A stretch of DNA of 64,000 nt from Phoronis australis (taxonomy: Eukaryota > Animalia > Phoronida): positions 79,362 through 143,361 of the forward strand of contig NMRA01000040.1 of assembly GCA_002633005.1 (NCBI GenBank), given 5' to 3'. Each line of letters begins with the position of its first letter. Within the stretch, counting starts at the first letter, position 1. Shown here piece after piece: positions 24,651 through 36,600 of the stretch. The translations under genes and the position numbers were made by a program. The notes under the pieces were generated by a model. It had not been told where the DNA came from and ran no database searches. It worked only from the letters and a program-made list of their open reading frames with translations.

Positions 24651-27600
24651 CTGTGAAAGGTCAAAAGTCAGATATCAGGTTAAGTTTACCATGTGCTCTT
24701 AAAATATACTAGTATTTTGTTCTTGTATGGCTTCTCTTTATAACTTGTGTGGAATTTGTACAGAAAATAATATTAGAAAGTTTCTGGTGATCTCGCATTA
24801 CAATGGAAATGTCATTGATAACATAATCTCAATTCTAATGCTCAATTATTTTTATACTGAATATTTCAAATGTCAACAATTAAAGACTAACTGCAAAACG
24901 AAAAATAACATAAATGCCTCAAAAAGGTGAACCTATCAGCACATGCGAATTTTCACGAATTATTTAATGACGAGCAGTGACATAATATAGCTTAGTAAGC
25001 ACAGTCTCCATTCGTCTCCATGAAAAAGAACTGTGTACACAGTGGTGAGAGTATCAGACAATGCTTGATGGTACAAAACTTGGCTAGGCATGTGTTACAA
25101 CTCATAATCACATCAGCGTGATATTAAGCATACCATTCCCAGCCCCAGTTTATGTGGACACCATACTAATCAAAGCGAGTGGACACAGAATAATGGAAGC
25201 CAATATAAGCCAAATATTCTGCACTTGGGTAGTGACTAGGGTAGGGAGATTTATCAATGATCTAAATATTCAGAACGTGGACTGCAAAATGATAAAAAGC
25301 AACAATGATAACATGCATGAAGCCTTTTAACTCACAACTGTTGTATTGTGTACATGTTGTATGTAACCTAGCCAAGCAATGAGTGCTTTTATTTTCTGCC
25401 TGACATACCTTTCCCACTTACCATGTGCTCCTGACGACAAACCCAGTCCGAAGCCCATTATTCACCACTTAGGGACTAAGACGGTGCACAGAGATGCACT
25501 GACCTCTTGTTGCATGGTTTGCACTTGTACTGTGTAATTTTCCACGAGCTTTCAAAGATATTATTTTCATTTTCTGTGAGCTTTCCAAGACATACTATCT
25601 ATTTTCCATGAGTTTTCCAATTTTCATTTTTCAAGAGTTCCTTTTTCCACAAAAAGTAATACATAATATCAAATCATGTTAAAACTTCCCTTTTTCATGA
25701 ATTATCTTAGGGCTGTTCCAGTAAAATCTGTATGGGAGGGGGGGGGAGGCACCTTTTTTTCGCACCCACCACCCATATTTTTCATTTAATTCTACAGCCT
25801 ACCACCCGTAATTTTTTATATGTTTGAAATGCAACCACCCGTAATTTTTTTTTGTTCTTGTGGTTGACTGCACAGGCGCTTGAGTTTATCTGTTCCTCCA
25901 TCACCACTAACGTCATTCATTACTAAGAAAACGTATGTTTCTTATATATGGTGATTAGCCATCGAGAAATTCGAGCACCTGTGGTTAAATGGTGTTATGG
26001 GCATGCCAATGAGGAGATCGGAGGGAGTGAAAAAGTCGGAGCTTTTTGCAAGTTGCATTTTTGTTTCAGTTTTTGATTCTGTGCGGATTGGTAATAAAAT
26101 TTACTAAAATTACCCACCATCAAACATTTATGGCCCAATGAAACAACAACGACCTGTAATTTTTAATTTTTTTGAAGTACGACCACCAGCCATTTTGAAT
26201 TTAAATCAAACGCAACCACCCATAAATTTTTATTTCAGTTGCCTTCCCCCCCTCCCACACAGATTTTGCTGGAACAGCCCTTACCAAGAATACAGATCCA
26301 TTCCTCCAACAACAAATGTTTCTTTTTACCTTTTAATAATATTCATGTGCCTTTTAAAGTTCCCATACCTGGCTGTAAACAACGCTTCGATCAGTTTATT
26401 AGTTTATCGTCACAATGTGACGGTCATTCCTAGGCACAAAAATGACATTGATTTCTCACCATCACGAAACTGTATCCAATCCAAACGCTCCTCCAGCCCC
26501 TGGGGCAATTGGGGACTTGCATGGTTTGACTGTGCACGGCAACGACCTAGAAAGCAGGTGACCAGCGCGGATACGTTAGTGCAATAAGCTGGACAATGTA
26601 AAGCTGAGGACAGTGGACCATGGACAACGGACAAACATCAACTGGGAAAATTTCAGTGGAATTCTGGCAACTGCATTTACAGTCACTGCAGTCCAATTGA
26701 CATGTTGCAGAAAGCTCAAATGCTCATGCATTTGTTTTTGTGACACTGTGCCAGCAAAGTGAAATGCATTTGCGGCTGATACCATGCTTGACGAAACTAT
26801 TTTCATAGAACCTTTCCAAGCAGTGCAATGGGTGATTGAATATTCACTGGGTGGATACTACCAGTGAGCACCAAGCTAGAACCTTTTCTGACAGGCAGGC
26901 TCTGAGATTTTGCTCAACAGCCAGGGAACTGTTTCAATGTCATAGATAGAGAAATCTGATGAGGATTTTTGCCTCAAACAACGTGCACTTTGGAGTCATC
27001 AAATTTCAAAAGCCACACATACGGAATAAAAGTGGATGTTTTATCAGAGGATGCCTGTCGCAGAACAAACAGAACAGAAACTGTTCATTAGCAGTACGGT
27101 GTTGATGGTCTGCGGGTTCCATGTGTCTATCTGAATGCATGCATACCTACAGTAGTATCACTAGGACCACCAAGTGAATTTCGACACACACTGCCAGCGC
27201 TTCACATACAGATAGCTTTGCGAACAAAATGGCAACAGCCATGGTGTAGACAAAAGCCAGAATGCCACAGAAATCTGCCGGCAGCATCCGAAGGTGAGAA
27301 GAAAGCGGAGGTGTGGTGACGCAATAATACTCTTACCATAGCGAGACTCCAACCTATCCATAGCCCAACCCAGTTTGTCGGGCATGAGGGTACACGGAAC
27401 GTTTGGCTGTGTACGGCCATAGTCTGCAGAGAGGTGGAGAGTGAGACGAACAGATAGACACACAGACAGAAGAACTGATAAACAGAAGAACAGATGAAGA
27501 AAGAGATCAAACGAATAAGTGTTTGCTGTGAAAAATATGTTCCTTATACCAGGGTTTGTAAAATTTTACTAGAAAAGTTTATGAACATCTAATTCATATG

Positions 27601-30600
27601 ATGCACATACACAATAGTTCTCAAACCATTTTCATTATCTTATTACATATGAGTCTCGTGTGTAAAATTGTACGTAACCCATTTGTTACTAATACAAAGC
27701 AAGTTGTTTTCACCTTTGTCACAAAATTTGATTTAAAAATGTAATTGGTAATTAGTAAAACGGTTATGCAATGAGTGTGGTAATACAGTAGTGTGTTGAA
27801 ATTTTCCGCTTAGTATGCGAAAGTAACAGATCTGTGGCACCAGGTCCTTTAAAGCAAAGAAATAGATGAGAACAGAATAGTCACACAAGAACGACACAAT
27901 CAAAGAATGACAAAACAATAAAGTTCAAGGATATCAAAGACAAAACAACAATTCAAAATGATTGTCAAGAAAACAGCAATTACTGTAATCATTGTTAAAA
28001 CAAACTTATTAGTCATTTTTATAAGTAACACTTTGGTGATATGACGTTTACAACTATTCCTTATTCAGTTTCTATCGCAGACGCTGAGCGAAGGAGCGAT
28101 CTTCCCCCATAGTTGAGTGTTGTGTACAGCCCATTGCCTTCTAACTAAACGTTCCAGTACTGTTCCGGCAACACCATGACCTCCCCCCATTGCAAAGTAT
28201 ACTCTAAGTTGACGTTCACTTCAGGCCCCTCTGGCTAGGCCAATGCCTATTTAACACAAGCAAGTGTGAAGTTATGACTAAATAAAACATTCCACCTTCT
28301 GAAAACTTGTTATGCCAAGATCAGTTAACCGCATACCTGGTACATAAGACACTACTTACAGGAGCTGGAACTTCACAGACCGCGCATCTACTGATATAGC
28401 GAGGAAGACTAGGTGCTGGGATTGGGTTCATCATTGGTGTCATGGGCTCCGCCGTCGACAGCCAATAGCTATAGTCGTTTCTGGATGCCACGTTGCACAC
28501 TTCATTCAGGTTGCAAAACATGAAGGGCATAGTAGAGAAGCGTCGCATGCAGCTGCCCGGTTGACCAAGATCTTGACCACTGGCACGTTCGTTTCCTTGC
28601 ACAAAGAGGAGAGAGTAACCATCCCACAGCTTGGCGCTACCTCGTGGACAGTCTGGTACCCTGGTGGTTTGACTATGCCTGAAGAGATTTGCAAATTACC
28701 AAATGAATGCAGTATAATTAGCCGCCAATACAGTAACTGAAATGCCTGTCTTTAGAACACATTCACTTGACTTCTTAATCCTTCCCAATGGAGTAAGTCA
28801 GTACAAAAATGTGGAATTTCAAATATTTACACTTGCTGCGGATATTAAGTGAAAACTTAAGTAAGCAAACAGCAGTCCACAATGAGTCAAAATTATCATT
28901 CACAAATTTTAAAATATTATTTGCCACCAGCACTGAAACATTGAAAAAGCATCTGAATTTACCATAAACAAGAAATTCTTAAGCAATTTTCTGTCAGCGT
29001 ACCAACACATCAAGATTTAGTGCATACCTTGTCACAAAGAATCCAGGTCCCACTCCAGGGCCACCTGGATTCCCTCGAACACCAGGTTGTCCGGGATCCC
29101 CAGGAAGACCTCGTCGACCCTCAGGACCATCAAAGCCCCGCAGTCCTGGTGGTCCTGGGCGACCTGGACCTCCATTCGGCCCGGGTTGACCTGTGTCACC
29201 TCTTTCACCTGGTGGACCGTCGAACCCATCCAAACCTGGAAGGCCGTCTTCACCCGGGAGACCAGGAGGTCCTTGCTTACCGGGCTCACCTGGTTCACCC
29301 TTCAGCCCAGGAATGGAGTCCAATATTGGTGGAGCCCCAGGTTCACCTTTCTGTCCCTTCGCACCTGTGGAAAATATCACAAGTTAACTAAAGGAACACA
29401 CTCAACTTAAAGAGTCCTGAATTCAAATAACGTCTGAATCAACCTGTTACTCTAGGCAGGGCCTCACCAGATCTCGCCAAACGAAGCACATGGCTCTGTA
29501 TTACACTACTTCTGAGCTGATGAGAAAACAGTGAACCCAAAGAAATTCTTAGCACCTGTCCGTAATGGTATATCCAAACTTGGATGCATGTGAAACACGA
29601 CAGTATAACCTTGGGCAAGTTTCATTACAACTAGGGAGTGCAGGTTAAATTATGAGTTCCACCAGAATTGACATTTTCAGAAGCAGGTTAGCTTAAAGCG
29701 GCTATGAAACCTCTCATTTTTTTGATTTAGCCTACTTAATGTCTTGAAATAGGTATCCAACTGTTCCTTTAGTTAAGATAGGTGTGATTTATGGTCTTAT
29801 AAATAACTATTGGCTTGTTATAGCTTGACACAAGGCTGTTCATGTTGGCTTGTCATTTTATTCAAAAAGCATGGTCTCTACAAAAAAAAAGAAACTGTCG
29901 GTTCTTGGCAAGACCGAAAATCATTTTTGTCACATGTTGAGACCAAGTTTAAAGCGGTACAGTGATCTAAATCAAAATTTTAGTTTATTCGACAGAATGT
30001 AGGTTTAACAATTTATACCACTTTTAAAGAGAAAGCAAATTTTTATATCGCTTTACTACAAATGCAGAGCCCCACACCAGGGGACAGTCAAATGTAGCGT
30101 GTGTGTAGCTGGGCAAGCCAGAATTTATCACATCTCAAAATTTTCAAAATGTCACAGCTAGGGAAGTCTCAATTGCCACAGCTTTTTTGATGCTATTTGC
30201 ATGTACATCAACTTTGCTTTTGATATTTTGTGAAATATGCGAGACACAGTGATAACAATGAATTCCATAATTTTACAATTTGTGAAGAAAAGGAACCACC
30301 ACTTCGATGCAGCATAAAACAACAGTAAGCCCAACAAAACACAAACACCAACTAATTGGCTCACATTCTGTCAAAGAATTCTCAAAATGTCATAGAACTT
30401 TCAAAATGTCACAGCAAGTTTTGACACAGATTGTCACCGTCAAAGTAATCCATTCTTTACAATACCAAGCAAAAATGAAAACAACAAATGCTAACACCAA
30501 GAGCTGGAACTGTGCCCAATGTCTATACCAACTGAAAAAGGGGTTAAAAGAAGACACATACTTATACATTGTCTAATCGGAAAAAAATCTGTCAAAATTA

Positions 30601-33600
30601 TACCCTATCCTACTGCCTAGCTACTTTTTAAAACCTTGTCATCATTTCACCATTGTAAATGACAATACATTTAATGAAACAAATACATATTCTACGGATG
30701 AACTTACTATCAATCCTATGTCATTAAAACATTACAGAATCATTAACAGATATATGTTAAGCAAGGGGGGGGGGCAACATTTGGTCACTCAGCATGTTGG
30801 GGGTGGGAGTCCTCCTCCCCCCCTAAAATCAATGAATGAAAATGATGGATGGAAAATTACTGTCAGAATAATCACATAGCCTTATTGTATCATCGTTTGA
30901 GAGCCCTACCATCTCGTCCATTTTGTCCGAACGGGCCAGTAGGTCCTGGGGGTCCATCTTCACCTCTGGCCCCTGGATCCCCTGGGAAGCCTGGCAGACC
31001 TGCCTCACCGGCATCCCCCTTTGGACCATCAGGTCCACGCAGCCCGGGAAATCCCTATGAAGAGACAACTGAATCATTGAAACACCAACAGCCAGTTTCC
31101 TGATAAGTGACAGCAGAATTCAGTCAGAAATCTTGCTTTATTAGCTGTGACAGAATGAAGCTTTTGCTAACGAGTTATTAGCACATCTTAGCTTGGCAAT
31201 AATTTGTGTAAATTACATTATGAGGCAGCGACAGTAGGACAACTGTCACGTAATTTATACTTTGACAAAGTGACCTAAATAAATTTTTACGTCTCAAGAC
31301 TTCAGTCACTTCGTATGGAACAAGATACAAGCATCATGGATCTGAAACACATTACTTTATTCATTTTCAAGAGTTTGCCAAGGCATAACTATTTTTTACA
31401 CAAAACCATTCAGTAACTATGAAGAAAATCAATAGTTTAAAAGCATGACCTTTCCGAAGGAGATTTCCGTTACTTATTCTAGATTTTACAAGACGAGTGA
31501 GAACAAGCAATGTTCAACTGTCATAACATTTTCTACAATCAACTAACGCATTAGCCATTTTGTCCAATTTGTGACAACTAGCAAGACACCTACAAAATTA
31601 AAATTCTTTGTCAAGTTGCAGGTTTTCATGTAGACAAGTTATTATGAAGACAATGATTTACTATCAACTAGCTAGTCTTTTCAAATCTATTTGCAATTTC
31701 TCAGTTGATGACAGCTTCTCAATGTACTCATTAACACACCTTAGTGGTAGAATGTTTTACTCCACACCTAGAAACAAACATATAATTGAAAGTACAACTG
31801 CAATCAGTCCCAATAACGCAAAAGGACCTGGCACAATTTGGTGAATTTTAGAGCGTTATGACTCGCTGGATAAAAAAGGCGCGATTCACGAATTTTGTAA
31901 GAGCGTCTGCACCTGACCCAGAATTTCAGTGCGAGCAGATAGCAATATGCGAATAAACATCTCATTTTCGAAATCAGTAACTTCAATATACTGTTGCATG
32001 AGGCAGAGATCCTTATCACCAAGTCCCTGTCCATGACACAGAAAACAGTTCGTCTGGAGTAAAAGTCAACAGTCATGGATAGCAATGACGCCTCACTGCC
32101 CGATTAGTGCAATTATGACTCATCAATTGAACTGAAAATTTCACAGCACCTGCTTTTTAGCTTGTGGTCAATCAACTGGTGTCAAATTGCGAACTACTAT
32201 GTCATTAAATAGAATTCAAGTTGGATTATTGCTATAGCCCACAGCTCTTATAATTTCAATTTTTTTACACAGCAACCTCACTAGAAATCAGCCAAGAAAG
32301 GGTTTATCCCACACTATTTGACCAACCATTCGTGCCAAGTTTACTTACATCCAGTCCAGGCACTCCAGGGACTCCTTGCGCACCATCTTGCCCTGGAAAA
32401 CCAGGGCGTCCAGCTTCGCCCTTGACTCCGTCGGTGCCGTCTCGACCATCAGGTCCTGGCAAGCCATCAGCACCAGGTTCACCTGGCGCTCCAGATTCAC
32501 CACGTCGACCGTCATCACCTTGTAAGGATAAACAAAAATCATCAACAGATTAGACAGGAGAACACATAAGTCAGGCACTGCCTTGTCTAAACATAGTTGT
32601 CAGCACTAGATTATGTAAGAACCTGTTTGGTTTAACTGCTGATGTACTCTGAGTAAACATGTATGGTTGACAATACAATGGTGGTCATCTGGCTACTGTA
32701 CTACAGGCATCAGGCAAGTTGACTTCTTATCAGACCAATTTATCCATTGAATGTGAACACTAGGGGCTAATGGTAGCATTGGCTGCCATACTAACCTATG
32801 AGATCCAGAAGAAAATGTGGTACTTCTTGCTTACTAATTGCAAATAATCTACATGTAGACTGTATTGCTTATTGTTTCATGCGATGTGTAAATATTCATG
32901 CTACAGAGAAATAAACAAGAGCAATGTGGAGCGTTGAAATGAGTCCACAAATGCACCACTAACGGTGTGCTTCTAGGGTTGTTTATTTGTATCATAAAAA
33001 TAGTCGAATCTGTCTGAAAGTCGTTGTTGTCTGTTGTTAACTTCATATAAATACACTACCTAAATGTAATTAATATCCTGCAGTGGGTTTTACAGCTATG
33101 AGTACAAAACAAAACTGTCACCATTACGCGCCACCGTAGTTGAAGTCATCATTGTCACCCGTTCTCTTCACACTGAGAATTAACATATAAACCAATTTTC
33201 AATGATTCAAAAACAGCAAAAATGTCCACTACGTAACACAAAATACCCCCAATCCATCTGAAAACGGGAAGATAGCATCCTCTCACCAATAGATGTCTAT
33301 AATCCAAAGTTTATGAAAATCTGTTGAGGGCCTTTGAAGATACAGAGGTCAATGTAAAATTGCCACTAGGGGGCACAGATCTGTCCCAAAGTCGTCGTCA
33401 TCCATTGCCAACTTAATATAAATTAACTTGTTAAATTTAGTAAAGATCCTGCTGAAGGATTAGGAGATACAGCCATGGGCGCAAAAAACAGTCACTAGGT
33501 GGCGCCACAGTACTTGCCATCAGAAAATCATTTCCAGCCATAATATTGATAGTAAGAACATAGTACGTGCCAATTTTCACAATCATCCTTAGAGTGGTTT

Positions 33601-36600
33601 CATTGATAGAGGGGTAGACACCAGTAAAAATGGCCACCAGGTGGTGCAAACTACGTCAAGTCCATCCAAAAACAAGGGGATAGTGTCATCTCACTTATAG
33701 ATGGCTATATTCCAAATTTCATGAAAATACGTTGAGGACTTCCGAAGATAGAGGTAAGCGTAAAAAATAAATTGCCACTAAGAGGCACACCAGTACTTGG
33801 AGAGGTTCGAAATCCGCCGTCATCCGCAGTCAGCTTCATAGGAACACATCTGCCAAATCTCACCAAGATCCAGTGAGGGGTTTAGGAAATTCAGCTGCGG
33901 ACGGCAGACAGACAGAGATGACAGCAATATGCAACCACATATAAATATGTGGGCGCATAAAGGCGGTAAAAATATCCATTAGGTGACACAAAATACCTTG
34001 AATCCATCCGAAAATGGGAGGATAGCGTCATCTCGCTACTATATGTCTACCTGCCAAATTTTATGAAAATCTGTTGAGGACCTTTGAAGACACAGAGGTA
34101 AAGGTAAAAAACTAAAATTGTCACTAGGGGGCATGCCGGTTGTCAGATCTGTCCAAAAGTTTGCTCATGTTGTCCCATCCATAAACGGAACACATGAACA
34201 TTACATCAGAGGGTTTAGGAGATAGAGCAGCGGATGCTGAATGGATGGATGGGGATGACGCCATAATGCATCCACATATAAATATGTGAGTACATAAAAA
34301 AATAAACATGAAAAAATTTACTAGATCGTACTCAAGAAGTTAAACACCGAGCAAGTATGACGCGTTACCAACAGCGCTTCTGTTCTCTCATCACCACCAG
34401 TTCTTTTCTCATGGCTCACGCACAGAATTTACAGCAAAAAACTAGTGAACCATTCACTCACCTGGCCTGCCTGGTAGACCAGCACCTGGTATACCTGGCT
34501 CACCCTTTAAACCCGGAATACCATCAGTACCATCGTCACCACGTTCACCGTCCAAACCAGGACGTCCATCCTGGCCAGGGGAACCTTCCCGACCGGGTTC
34601 TCCTGGAGAACCTGTAATACATAATGAAATGCGGACAGTGGTCAACCAGACATGAACTGCCAAATCAAGCCTCACAATCAAAAGATTGCAAGCTCAAATC
34701 TCACTTAATCTTCCTGGTAGACCATCATTCATGGTTTCAGTTTTCTTCTTCAGGGTATATCTAATACTGAATACACATGCAGTAATTGAGTAGATGCATT
34801 AGGGCGTTCTCAGTTCCATGACTTGACCAGACACAGAGCGGTTGAGCTAACTGCTGAGCAGTCTTTTGTCTGGTATAACATGCAGGCCAATTATCTACCA
34901 GGCTTCAAGTAGAACTACTTTCGATATCGAGGCAATAGAAAAACGACGAAAATATGATGGTAGCCGAGGTCACATTTCCTTGATTTGTCAATAAGCATTT
35001 CATAGCCATTGGCATTTGTTCCACGATGAAAGATTTAGCTACAGTTAGGAGTGGACTCCAGCAAGCTTTAAGTAAGCCGGAGAAGACAAGGTGCTCTCAA
35101 GCTGGCGTGTTCAGTAATGAAAAGCTGCTTCACCCAATCATCTTGGAAAGTTTTGCTGTGCAGCTTTTAAGGATCACTAGATCTGGATTTACCCATAAAT
35201 GTATGCATTACTGAGGAACGGATCCCAGAGGCCAGTTTCATAAAGTAGCAAGCTCTGTTTTTGCATCGGTGATTTTGTCGTGCTGAATGTCCAAGTTTAA
35301 AATTTTTTAACGGGTGTGAAAGTTTAATTTTTGAAATAAATCTCACATTAATAGATCCTGCCTCAGTATCCCAATTCCAAAAGTTAGCACGGACTTCAAC
35401 TGCATTTTCATACTTTAGTCATGGGAGATTTGCTTTCGATGTTGAGTTCAAAAATAAACGCCATGCAAAATGGACAGCATCGGCAAATGACCAAGTTTGC
35501 TATCATTGCGCACGTAGGATAGGCCCTATCAAGGGGTGTGAAGATTATTTTTACATGAAAATAAGTTAAAATGAAAATTCTTTGTTCGGTTTATGAATTC
35601 CGGCACCCTCACACATAGTGTGGAGCATCAGGTAAATAACGTTAACTGATGTTTGATTTCTTCTTACGTCATTTCTGAGTATTAAAAAAGTTTTGAAAAT
35701 TTCTTTGTGATTATTAAGATCACTTTGATAAGAGTGGTGCCCTACCGAGGGCTTAATGTAATTAAAGTCAAAATGTCCATCTTCCAGCAGCTACACTGAT
35801 TCCATTGCTGGGGATAAAGTTTGAATCACTGCGTCAGTCTCATGTAATGTTTAATTAATGTCAGAACACAGGTGGAAGTGTCCGATAGAGTTCACCTAGC
35901 AGGTGGCCCTCACAGAAAGAAGTACTGAGACAACAGGTTTGATGATTCAGGGTGCCATTCTTGATTTTGTCTAAGAATTAACCACCCTGTGATCGAACAG
36001 CTGTCGTGGTCTATTAGGAAGAGCGAATGACTTTCGGCCACCATTTTGCATCAAGCAAGCATGCGCGATGATGCCGTTTATGGCATTGACCCTTGGGAAA
36101 TGACGTGTGTATTACACGTGTTCAGATGATTTCACCCATTCAGGTTTACTGCAGCAACTCAGAGTGCATGTGCAATCCAAACAAAAAAAGATCCCTGCAC
36201 CTTCCCAATTCCACAAAACAGAAACGTTGATGCATAATAGTAAGAACTTAAGAGAATTAATGGACATTGTTGCCAGCCACTTTTATGAAAATCCGTGACT
36301 CTGATTTGCGAGCATTTAAGTATTAAGAGAAATTACTATAGGGACACCTTGTGTAGCAAGTTACATGGGCGTATCTTAATTTGAAGAAAGGGCTTTATAG
36401 CTGAGCAAGCATTTAATTCTTGGAAATTCTTCCAAGACAAAACTGAGTGAAGTCATGGTTACCCCTGAAATGATTACAAAAAGGCAAGGCAATTGCGTAT
36501 ACTGAGGTTTCAAAATGTATTTGGTTTCAATAACAACACCTACTTCAAACATGTCATTGAGCAACAGATTGGGACACACAACGTACCTCTCTGCCTGGAG

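Noticed and set aside
26138-26587. 149-aa plus-strand ORF
   Set aside because: It spans the MITE end and the antisense of exon A, with no recognisable domain.
26460-27423. Assembly or haplotype artefact as the explanation for the two NC1 exons
   Set aside because: There is no N nearby, the flanks are unrelated, and the exons differ at about 13 of 29 residues, unlike the near-identical N-joined duplicates elsewhere in the window.
29020-29410. Plus-strand Pro/Gly/Ser-rich ORFs here and at 30849, 32332, 41949, 49689 and 54322
   Set aside because: They are antisense shadows of collagen Gly-X-Y exons.
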